A stretch of DNA of 64,000 nucleotides from Epiperipatus broadwayi (taxonomy: Eukaryota; Animalia; Onychophora): NCBI GenBank assembly GCA_028023455.1, contig JAQFVV010000003.1, positions 5,022,001-5,086,000 on the forward strand. Reading direction: 5' to 3'. A model generated the notes under the pieces. The model did no database searches. It saw nothing but the letters and a program-made list of their open reading frames with translations, and was not told where the DNA came from. Each line of letters begins with the position of its first letter. Position 1 is the stretch's first letter. Shown here piece after piece: positions 27,918 to 39,448 of this stretch. Made by a program: the position numbers and the translations under genes.

Positions 27918-27929
27918 TGGCACAGTCGC
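27918..27929 (+). promoter_or_regulatory. Primer-binding site, tRNA-Ser-like
   Basis: TGGCACAGTCG begins 1 nt after LTR1; one transition away from the TGGCGCAGTCG tRNA-Ser PBS known from Drosophila 17.6/297-type gypsy elements. Confidence 0.65.
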
Positions 27930-28231
27930 ATTTGAAACCTGTGAGTAGCGAATAAGTTTTGAACAACAAGTTTAGCTATAAACAGGGAACCTGGTGAAAA
28001 TGGAAATCCCAGTTAGTATAATGTTAACAATGGAAGTGAAAGTTTGGAAATAAAATGCTTGTGCAGTTAACATCGGAAGCTGAGGCCCACCACACTTGCG
28101 CAGTCACCATTGAACATAACTGGTGAAGAAGTTTGGCAGCAAATTTGAATTGAACATTTTTGAGTGAAATAACAGGAAAGTAGGAATAGAAAAACAACAA
28201 AACACCAAGGAATCGCAACAAGGGTTTTTCT

Positions 28232-28245
28232 GGAGTGGAGGGAGG
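28232..28245 (+). promoter_or_regulatory. Polypurine tract
   Basis: GGAGTGGAGGGAGG immediately precedes LTR2. Confidence 0.8.
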
Positions 28246-28650
28246 GGTAATATTTTGTAAAAATGGCAGACAAGTTTGTGCATTCCAGAAAAACTAGAAT
28301 TTATTCGAGTTGTTGTTTTTAGATCACATTCTAATAACTGAGGAATTTAATTAACGCATTGATGTAATAGCAATTGACAATTCCAAGAAATATTTGCTGA
28401 TTGCAAATATTTCTAGATGAGTCGTTACCTTATTGGACAGTGTATTGATTGTTGCAGTTATCAGAGTGATAAGAAGACTGGGAAAGAACTATGCAGGGCA
28501 GTATTTGAGTAGGCAGTGATTTGAGTACAACTACAGTAGAGATATCTCATGTCAGTGCTTGCGGTTAATGACCAGCGCCCAATGGAAATGTAGTCCATGG
28601 GTATAGCTGAAAAGCCCACAGAGATGGGAAGACTGCAGTGGAGATATTGA

Positions 28651-29046
28651 GAGCATTCGTTGCAGACCATTTGTTGGAGAGCATCTGTTTTGCAGAGCAT
28701 CCATTGCAGAGCATTCATTGCAGACCATTCATTGGAGAGCATCCATTGCAGAGCATTCGTTGCAGACCATTTGTTGGAGAGCATCCATTACAGAGCATTC
28801 ATTGCAGACCATTCATTGGAGAGCATCCATTTGCAGAGCATCCATTGCAGAGCATTTGTTGGAGAGCATCCATTGCAGAGCATTTGTTGCAGAGCATTTG
28901 TTGGAAAGCATCCATTTGCAGAGCATCTGTTGCAGAGCATTCGTTGCAGACCATTTATTGGAGAGCATCCATTGCAGAGCATTTGTTGTAGAGCATTCAT
29001 TGCAGAGCATCCATTGCAGAGCATTCATTGCAGAGCATCCATTGCA
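28651..29046. repeat. 14-bp satellite inside LTR2, 28 monomers with partial 42-bp higher-order structure
   Basis: 28 monomers counted (396 bp); the trimer GAGCATCCATTGCA-GAGCATTCATTGCA-GACCATTCATTGGA recurs. Confidence 0.95.
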
Positions 29047-31544
29047 AGAGAACAGCATGGGAATTGATCATTAGCGAATTATGGAGATAGAGTTGTTGTG
29101 GACTATTCACTATTCTGATTACGTGAAATATTGTGTCTTTCATAGTATATATTTAATTGCTGGCTGCACAGTCACATTTGTGGATATAACACTGTATAAA
29201 ATCTTACTTATGCTTTCTCAATTGTCTTAGTAAAATGTGTGCTAAAATGTATTTAAATGGTAGTTACTAAAAGGTATTAGTTAATTTATTTAATAGTTGT
29301 TTAGTTTGTTAGGTTTAAGTTAAATAAAATTAGTTTGAAAGATATTACATCTTATGTGAATTTCAATACAGAAAGTTTTTTGGTTCTCTTAAAATATTAA
29401 TTATTAGTCTGAAATAAATTTCACAATTTTATTTTTAGTCACTTCCTGGTATGTCTGATATGTGCATGCGCAATGGACATTTTAAAAGAAAGAGTTTAAA
29501 ATAAATTATTCCTAAGTGTTAATTATTTTTGAGTCATATATTTCATTCAATGGCTATTTTAATATTATAAAGGTTTCACCATAATTCTTTGAGCATTTTT
29601 AAATAAAAAGTGAAAGTATTTGTTTTAAATAAAATAAAATAATTATTATTGATAATTAAAATAAAGTCAATTGTATTTTATTTGTTTTAATTGATGGTTA
29701 AATCTGTATTTAGACATCTTGATTAATAAAAGGTCATGGTTATATTAGTCAATTTAAAAACTTAGCCCAATATTAATTGCTGATTGATTAAAACCACATG
29801 ATAAACTTCCTGTACTCCATACAAGCACAAACACATTTAAAAGGAAATACTGGAAAATAAATTACTATTTTTATTCCAACTTTTACTTTTTTTTAAAAGA
29901 GATTAACTTTAATTAATGATTGTTATTTTTATTGTAATAGTGCACTGTTATAACTTTAAAATCATTTAAGCGAATTTACTTGGACTATGCATGTTCTTAT
30001 TATTATGGACAATATATTTCATTAGAAAATACAACTTTCTATATTGTTATGAAAGAATTTCCAAAGTATCATGAATATGAGGTAATATTATAATAGATCA
30101 CTAAGTTGAAGAGGTACTAAATACGTTTGTTTTACTGTTTCTATTAATTTTTAGCTAACTCTATAATTTTTTTTTTTTTAAAAAACCCAGTTTATTAACA
30201 TTTTATTTTTTAAAGTGTTAATTAACTATATAAATTAATTACAAAAATTAATTTTATTGCTCTTATACTCTACCAAGTGCTTTTCTTTAAGACAAGTTAT
30301 TTATTTGCAGACAATTATAAACTGTTTTAAAACCTTAATTGTTGAAACATTATTATTACAAGAAACTATCTTTAAAATTATTATAACTTCAGTTTATTGA
30401 AGTATATGCAATAATGAGTTATTTCAAAATTAGGTAGTTGTATACTTGGAATAATGCAGCCACTTATAGCATCATTGCTTGCAGAAATAATGAAATGTGA
30501 CATTACCGGGCTGATAATTTTTTTGTTTCTGCTCTTTGCCAATTTTTCTAAGTATTTTTCAAAAATTTCCAAACAAACATTATTTTATAAATTACATTTT
30601 TTAATTACGTTATACTTTTCAGTGTATAGCACTGGTCTGCATGGGGGGGGGAGTCTGATGGTTTTGCCAATCTGAAGGTTTGGCCAATATATGCACTAGT
30701 CTGAGCAAACCAAGCTTGCAGCGCATAGCGCTGGAATGTCTGGTGGGGGCCTCCGATGGTTTTGGTGATCCAAAGGATCAGCCAATAATGCTCTAGTCTG
30801 AGCAAACCAAGATTATGATTTCCAAAAAACAACAGACCATAGCTGCCATTCTATTACTCTCATAGCTGTTCTCCTGCAAACTTGCCTTTTCACGTGATTT
30901 ATGTAAAATGCTTCAATGACTTACCTTTTTGCAATTATTTTCACCTTCAAAAAAGTTTAGGGAAATGTGGCAATGGACTTACAATTATTAGTATGTAATA
31001 GTACATCAAGTAAGTTGTAAGATCCTTAATTTGAATGCACATAAAAACACTTATGGCCTGTTGAATTCCATACACTCACATTCTATGGTAATGATCTATG
31101 AAGTGTGTGTTATTCCCATAGTGATGCAAATCACAGTGTGCAATGGCATCTATGCCTGCTAACAGCTGATATGAACTGTTCTATAGACTGTAAGTTGGGC
31201 TGCATAAACAGCATATTTTTGTGTTTTTGCAAGCAACAATGCCATCAAGTGGCCGCATTACCCCAAGTAGACAACTACCCAAAAAATAAAATTATTGCAA
31301 AATTGAAAAATGAAATGAAACATAATCATTCTAGAAGTCTTTATTTATTCAAGATAAAAGTCAATATTAGTTATGCTTACATCTTCATTACCTTAGAAAA
31401 TAAAGTTACATAATTGTGTTTCATATAATACAAATAAAATACTGTCTTCGAATCCATTTATTTATCTAGTTAAAATATGTTTACTATTCTGCAGAAAAAA
31501 TAATTTGAAATTTGCTTCATTTATTAATCTTGCTAAGTTATTGT

Positions 31545-33741
31545 ATAAACTTTTGTTATTGAAGCTTCACTGTATTTAAATTATTGCCTGTACTTATTCT
31601 GCCTTCTGCTCATCTTTTTTAAAAAGTAAAATTCAGACAATATTTCAAGAAACTCCTGCTCTAAAATATTTATTTATTCATTTACTACCTATATGTTTAG
31701 TAAAACTGTGCAACATTACATTTTTATGAAGAATGGTAATACTCCTATGTTTATAGAGAGTTGTTTTCATTTTATTTAAATGAAAGGACTCGATTTTATT
31801 GAAAGGAGGTAAAATAAGTGTAGTGTTTAAGGTATTGAAATTATTATTTTATTATAATTATTTCTTATGTGTTATTAATTTATTATTGTGCTTTGTATAG
31901 TAGTGGATATATTTATGATAATATATGTTTCAGAATGAAAATTGGTATGAGAAAATTTTCAGGTGAAAAGAATTCTAATTTACAGAATTTTAAGAGTTCT
32001 CAGAATTTATATTCCAATATTATTAAAGTGTGTTAAAGAATATAGTGTAAAACAGTATTAATTAAGCCAGTGCATGAATGAATGTAGTTTTTAAATTCCT
32101 ATTTTATGATATTGCTTTAGAATTATTTTATATTGGTTTGCATATTTCTTTAGTCAAAGTATGTTTGCTTGTACGTATATGCGAATAAACACTAGTTACA
32201 TTTCCATGTATTATTTCCAAATCATGCATTATTTATTCATTCATTGATATTCTTCCCATTGTCAAGTATCAATTATGGCAGTTATGTTGATGTTTTCCAA
32301 TGCCTTGAATTTTATTAAACTCCTCCAGACTAGAGATTGTGGCTTCTTTAGCACTTCCTGGTCATGTAACCAGATGTCAATTTATTTATTACTGTCCATT
32401 TGCCCTTATATTTCATTAGTGTGCATTTTTATGTTAGCATATATAAGGCATATGCATGTAGGAAATTATTATGCTTTACTTCAAATTATTTTCAGGTATA
32501 TTAATCATTGAGATTATTTAATATTCCACCCATATATGCATATATAAGTAAAATCCTATAAGAATTATTTTTGTCTAGTATTCAACTCTACTTGCAGTAT
32601 TATAGGAATTATTTATTAACGAATTTTAAATATAACTAGTTTTATAATTTAATTTTCATCATTTAGTGGCTGTTTGCTATTCTGTTTGCATAAGTGTTTG
32701 TTGGTTTGCTTTTCAAATAAAAGTTAGAGAATTGCTTAAATGCAATGTGAATTTAATCACCATTATTATTCGGGAATTACTCGAGATATATATTTTAATT
32801 TAGATTAAGTAAGTGCTTGTATTGGCAGTAATTAATACTGCTATGGCTACTGCTTATTGTTTTAATTTATTATATTGTATTATTAAATTTATGTCATATT
32901 GTAAATAAATATTTTCTTATTCATTAAATATGTTTATGTTCTTGTTGTCATCATCACATCAGTTTATCCAAAAAATCCAATTTAATAAAGTTATATTAAA
33001 CATTGTTGAACTTAAGAGTACATTTCAAAAGTCATATTAAAATTATTTATTCAATTTATTTTTCTGCGTACAATATTTAAAATAAAATATTGTTTTTTAT
33101 TTATTTATTTATTACAAGTGTATTTAATGATCTAGTGGGTGGCATACAAATACCCTTTCTGCTTACTGCATTATTTTACCTTGTACAAAGATATATATAT
33201 ATTTCAATAAGATTTACCCACAAGTTATATGAATATGATTATTTATAAAAGAAGAATCTTAAATATTTTGATGGTATTTTTATTGCTAGCCAAAGATCAG
33301 TGATGCATTCGGATACTTAAATACTTACCATTGTTACTTTCTCATTTATTTTAAAAATGAAAGATAACTTATGAATTATAAGAAGAAAAAGAGTATCCTG
33401 TATATAAGAATCTAAGTATTATCGCGTTTTAATGCATTTGAGTGTTAAACAAAATAATTATTTATTATATTAAATAAGAATAACCTGAGATATGGATAAA
33501 ATAAGAACCCAATGTTTGGATAGGAATCTCAGATTTGAATTAAATAAGAACCTGATATTTAGATAAAATAACAATCTGAAGTGTTTATTGTTTATATTTG
33601 TGATATAATACATTTTGTCCATAAGAGGACTCATTATCTGATAAAAATCTGTAGTTATTATGGTACCTGCCCATTTTGGTATTTCTTCAGGTGTTGATAT
33701 GCCTTTATGTTGCTTTGCGGTTGAGAGACCAAAGATTACAG
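31545..33741. repeat. Copy B of the ~2.2-kb diverged direct duplication
   Basis: Colinear with 15630-17828; roughly 80-85% identity by eye, with small indels. Confidence 0.9.
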
Positions 33742-34539
33742 TATATATATGACTTTGCAAATAGTATTCATAATACTGATAGTTGTTTCCAATAATGTAC
33801 TAGAGAAGAGACATTTTGGAGAGCAGATTATTTTTATCACCTCTGGTAGAAATATTTATGATTATGTTTTTCTAAATAGTAATCTTCAACTTATATTGTA
33901 AAACATCTTCAACTCTTAATAAGTTGAACATTCTCAATGTTATTTTAGATGTGTTTTTTTTTATTTATTGAAAATTTCATAATTATAGCAAGTGAATACA
34001 GAGTTTATTTAGTACAAATTCACATCTTAATTCATAATTTTTATTGCAAAACCAATCACTTGTTTTTTTTTTTAGCAACACATGTTTATTTTTTTTAATA
34101 TCTCATTGGGCAGGAGTGATATATGATAATGTTGACAATAATTGATTATTTTCATATCAATAATGAAACATCTTTTCAAACTGATGAGAAGGCAGTTGTA
34201 AATTACTCCTAAATAACTAGATTGAAAAGTTTATGAATAGAATTTCAAATATGATTGTCAGGGATTGATTAGTACCTAATAATAGTAGTACATATGATAT
34301 TCAAGAATATACATTGCCATTTAATACAGCTTAATTCTGCAGGAAATTTTAGTAATTGTGTCCAAAAAAAAAAACTAATAGCATTTTTTGTTGTGACAGT
34401 TTCATTTTTGGCAATTTATGTCCTGGTTTTAAATATATCAATTAGAAGTATGATTATTTTAAAATATATTTCAAGTTAAATAAAAATATGAAACACACAC
34501 TCATTAAATACATTATCTATTTACAAACCAATACTTTAT

Positions 34540-36780
34540 CAAATTCTTCCTAATAAATCTGAAGGAATATTAAGTTCTACTTTTATATAACTTTCAAACA
34601 TAATTAATACAAGTATATAACATCACATGAATGATAAATATATAGTCTAAAAGAACACATGCTTTCTCCTAATACTGTGTTTGAAATTGAAACTATCATT
34701 TATTTTTAACATGAACTACAGGTAATTCAAATTCTTAAGATTCAGATACCAATAATCATCATCTATGCATTGGATTATGTCAATAACTTTGTGTTTATGA
34801 ATTACATATTTTAGGTTGAGGTATGAAAATGTGTTCATATATAAGTGTGGAGTTATTGCTTGAGTCATCACATTTAAAATCAAAATATGATTTTTTAAAT
34901 GTATATGTGAGAATTATAAATATATGTGTTTGAGTATAATATGTTTGGAGCCAATGCATGACTAATAAAGTTGATGGCTGAAATCTATATTCTTTGAGTT
35001 TTTACATTATTTTTTTGTTCAGATTACTAATAGTTCATATAGAATCAAATGTTATATTCAATGAGAACCATTCATGTATCAAAGAAATGTAATATTTTTA
35101 TCATGCTCAACAAAATTTGATGAGGCATTCATTTGATTATATGCAGAGCATGTGCATATTTCACAATAAGTCTCACTCTAATCACTATTTTCATTATTAG
35201 TCATCCAAATATTTATAAGCACTAACTTGTTTCATAACTTTTTTTAATGTTCAAATCTTAATATTTTATTCTCTCCAATTTTTTTTATTGCTTTAGTTTA
35301 ATTTGTCATTTATTTTTATCCAAAACCTTGTGCAATTCTATCTACTAAATATATATTATATAAAACATGAAATTGATAATCCTTTCATGCATCTCTTTCA
35401 TAAGGAAACCATTTAATTTTACATCTCTCAATATGCCTAACAAAGAAATCCAATTTGCTAAATACGAAATGTATTTTTAAAAGAAATAAATATTAATCAT
35501 TTTCCTCTTTATATATATTTCAATATTAATTCTCATTACATCAACTACATTTTGTATTTTTTTTACCATTTCAAGCTCTGAAAGAGCATTTTAGCTGTAT
35601 GATAGATTAAGCTGTTTAATTAATTTTTTTCTTTCTCTCTAATGAAATGATAACTGTTGAAAACATTTACCTTAAACTAAACTTTTACATTATGATCTTT
35701 AATAATCTGGAATGTTATCATTTCAATTGTCTAATTTTGATTTCTTTTCTACCTAATTAATTTTATTCTGCCATAAATTAAATCAGATTCTTATGTTTTT
35801 TTGTAATTTCTCTACTTTATATTCCTATTTTAAATAATTTCTTTTAGTTTAATTAGTTCATATTAAATCTTATAGAAATTTTGCAGAATTCAAATGTTTA
35901 TCATTTTTTCATGATCTCATTATTAATCCAAGATTTTTGCTCTTTTTTTTTTTTTTATTATAAACAATTGTCTTTATTGCATCTTTAATTTTTTTTAATC
36001 ATTCTCATTTTTTATTTACATTTGTCAATTAGTCTACTTATCTGATAACCTTGAATAATTTTAATTTCTACTTTTAATTTATTTATTGGCTATTTTTTAT
36101 TTAATATCTCAATTCTTTTTATTTTTTAAACAAGCAGTTTCATTTTTGTTATTACTAAATTATGATTTGAATCTATATCAACCTCTTGCTATATATATAT
36201 ATATGAACTCATTACTGTTTCTATTTTTATCATCTGAAACTTTTCACATGTAATTTTTTATTTTGTGTTAATTACAATCATATTATTTTTCTTATAAAAA
36301 TATCCATTTTTCATTTCTCTAATTTTCTCCCTTCAAATTCCTTAAATATGTTATTATCTTTTTTTATATATTATTGCAGCATTTCATTATCCCATTACAA
36401 TTATTTTTATATACTTTATCATGATTATTGGATGACATGTATTTTGGAATAATGATTAGATCTCTTGGAAAGCCTTTGAATTTTATTACTGCCAGTTTAT
36501 AATTTACCAGATAACTACTTACAAATTTTTTGTTTTATTTAAAACAATTATCTCTATTTTAATTGCCATAATATATAACCCTTAGATATTTTTCATTTTT
36601 TTCTCCATAACTGATGTTTTTTTTTTTTTGATAACACAAAGTTCTATGATATCTATTTTTTTTAAATTTCTTACACTAATTTGCTATATTTTTATTTTTC
36701 AGTCCTAATGTATCATTTTTATTTTTTACATTTAAAAATTTTAATAACTGAACTAATTTTTTCCCCATTTTTCAGAAATA
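34540..36780 (-). mobile_element. Decayed RTE-like LINE (APE + 5' RT)
   Basis: Minus strand has remnants DLIIIPKYMSSN (IIQVYMPT-like), IVMG*..NA (GDFNA-like, near 36380-36400) and DIDSNHNLVITKMK (SDH motif, near 36140-36180). Further along are ISFISHA-like and GVRQGCVLS-like RT segments toward 34650. Confidence 0.7.
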
Positions 36781-38389
36781 ATTAATTTTAGGAAATACAT
36801 TGTCCCTATATTATAACATTAAGTGTTATATGAAATAATTCAATTGATAAATAATATAAGTATCAGTTTTTCAAGAACTGATCAAAGAACTTTGAAATTA
36901 TCAGTCTATCGGTAGTAAAACATACAGCTAATTTGGCGTATATAATAATTCTTAATTAGAGGTTAAAAAAAGAAAATAATGAATGTCCAGTTACGAATAA
37001 CAGGGAGCAAATTTTTATAGGAATAATTTTAACAGGAATTTTATATAAAAGCAAACAAAAGGTACTTAAATACATTAAAAACTCGCATCAACTGGGAATT
37101 TCATTTATATTTGATATTTAATTACTTTTTTGCGGGTAGAAATGAAGTTTATTATACTACAAGCAAACATTTAATAGATACATGAATAAAGATCACGATG
37201 TAAACGTATCAATATATTTATGTACAAGTTTCTTAATGTAAAGAATATTATATTGAAAATATTTATTTTTAATCTGGAAAGTTATTTTTTTTTCTCTTTA
37301 TCAAGTAAAAAGTTTTTTTCTTAAAATAAGTTTCAAAAATAATCAAATATCTAAAAAGAAATTAATTTTTAACTTTATATCATCATCAGTTATTAATAAC
37401 TCATTCTCTGATATCAATTTCACAAAGCTTTTTCTTATGATTCCATAAACTTCAATTCAAGTTAGATCTTTTTATATGGTATTGTTTAAGAATTATCACT
37501 CTTGCTTTGTAAATATCCCACCTCTATTTTAAATTCTTAATCTTTACAATAAAATTAGTAATGATATTTTGTGTTCAAATCTATTTATTAATTGTCCTAT
37601 CCATTTTTAGTATTTTTGACTTGCTCCTTTGTTTCACTAGCAATTTTTGTTTAGTTCAAAGTTTCTGGTTTCTCATCCATAAACCAAACCGTTACTAATA
37701 TGTGATGAATCCTGATAGTGAATGGATTGATTCCTTATAACTGTTTAATATTATCAAAGCAGTAAAAGGAAGATATTAGATTTTTTAAAAAATATTAAAT
37801 AAGAAAAAAATTTGTATAAAACGAATATGAAGTATACAAAAGTTGATATGTCTACATTTTTAAAGAAATATGTTCAATCTAGTAATTAAAAAGCAAATTC
37901 TTCATTTCATAAAACATTATTATCATCATCATCATTATTATTATTTCTGCATAGGACATACTGTTAAAAAAAGTTTTAAATATACATTTTTATTTTTATA
38001 TATCAGGACTTTTATTTTTTTCAAAGTTAAGTGCACAATCAAGTTTTGACAATGTATAATACTGTAATGTGATGACCCTTAAACTGATAATAAATAACAT
38101 GTCTTTATGGTCAGAATACTATAGTTAAGTGAGATATCATAAAACATTCCTTTTTTAATTTCAAATAATTTCATATAAATAATATAAAACCATGAATTTT
38201 AAAATGTTTTTTTCTCAGAATGAGAAACAATTTTGTGAAAAAATATACAAATTGTCAACTGTTACCATACTTTCCTTTTTCTTTCTATATGTTTGCACAA
38301 GGAAAGCATACATTTTTCTGTTTAGAAATATTAATTTTTTTATAGTTTTTTTTAAAAGTTTCATATGTTTTCAACTAAAATTCTGATTG

Positions 38390-39448
38390 CAGTTGATATC
38401 ACTGAACATCACATCTTTTCTTCAACCTATCACAAGCTTCAAGAAATTACCACCTTCAACAACTAATGCAGCATCTTGTTGACACTTTGGTAAAGGACAT
38501 CAATAAGGCAATGTACAACTCTGGAAGAATTTCAGTATAAAAACAGTTGTTGATTTTATAGGCAATATATGAACCAAGGTCACTAATACCACTCTTTACC
38601 TTAAGTTGAAGAAAGTCAGCCAGCAACTCATTACAAGCACTGAAGTCAAAAAAGAACTTACTTCAGTCATATGGAAAACTATTTGACCTAACCAAAAACT
38701 CCGCATTTACAGAAGTTGATGATGATAACATTGAAAAGTTTGTGGAATCACACAAAGAAGAATTAACTAATGAAAAACTAATGCAACTGAATGAAAAAAG
38801 AGAAGACAATGAAGAAAAGAAAATTGATAAATCTGTAGAGAAGAATCTGGACATAAAATATGAATAAGTTTTGTATTACAAAACCATGAATGCATAAAGT
38901 CAACAAATGAGATATGATGTATGGAAAGAAAAAAAAACAAAAACAATTCAACCCTTTATTCTAAACATGTTTTAGAGATTCTCAGCCATTAACACCTTAG
39001 GTACCTTCTTGAAAAAGACAAGATCAACAAAGTATTTAAGACAAAAGTGAACTCTTAGAAGGAACAAGTTATAACTCAGAAAATTGCATGATGACAAGTG
39101 TTAAATGGATGTATTATAAAAAGCACAATGTCGAGCTAAATGTTTTTTCCTTTTTACATAGATTTAAGTAAGATTATCATACATGTATATATTTTAAGTG
39201 CATAGTTGCATAATATACATAATGCACAGTTTACACATGTATGCACTGTTGGATTAGATTTTTTTTAAAAAAAATACTGCTTGCTAAAGCAACATTCACA
39301 ATTTATGGTATAATTTTCATCTGAAGTAAGGAAACTATTTTTTTTCCTCACAGAAAATAATTATAATCATTTACTTTTTATATGATATTCTTGGTTTATG
39401 ATGAATTTGGGGAAACCAATTGACCTTGCTAAGTAGTGTAAATGTGTA
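38390..39448 (+). mobile_element. Tigger/pogo-like DDE transposase remnant with 3' end
   Basis: Remnants TSFLQP (NTTSxxQP-like), LWKNFSIK and FTEVDDDNIEKFVESHKEELTNEKLMQLNEKREDNEE, typical of Tigger C-termini; a decayed TIR-like end near 39420-39448. Left TIR not found. Confidence 0.7.

Larger units (their letters stand above)
27178..29191 (+). mobile_element. Small non-autonomous LTR retrotransposon (TRIM-like), 2014 bp
   Basis: Two LTRs (27178-27916 and 28246-29191), both ending ...ATAACA; 5-bp TSD CTGTA at 27173-27177 and 29192-29196. PBS follows LTR1 and a polypurine tract precedes LTR2. The 329-bp interior has no recognisable gag/pol. Confidence 0.9.

Noticed and set aside
27523-29074. 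Cluster of overlapping 65-135 aa ORFs on both strands (LQSIHCRAF.../MLCNGCSAMNALQ...)
   Set aside because: They arise from the stop-poor 14-bp satellite inside the LTRs; the repeating peptides simply follow the DNA repeat.
30020-30510. Short splice-flanked open stretches (plus: NTTFYIVMKEFPKYHEYE|gt; minus: KLAKSRNKKIISP|gt)
   Set aside because: No recognisable homology and they cannot be chained into a gene; expected by chance at this AT content.
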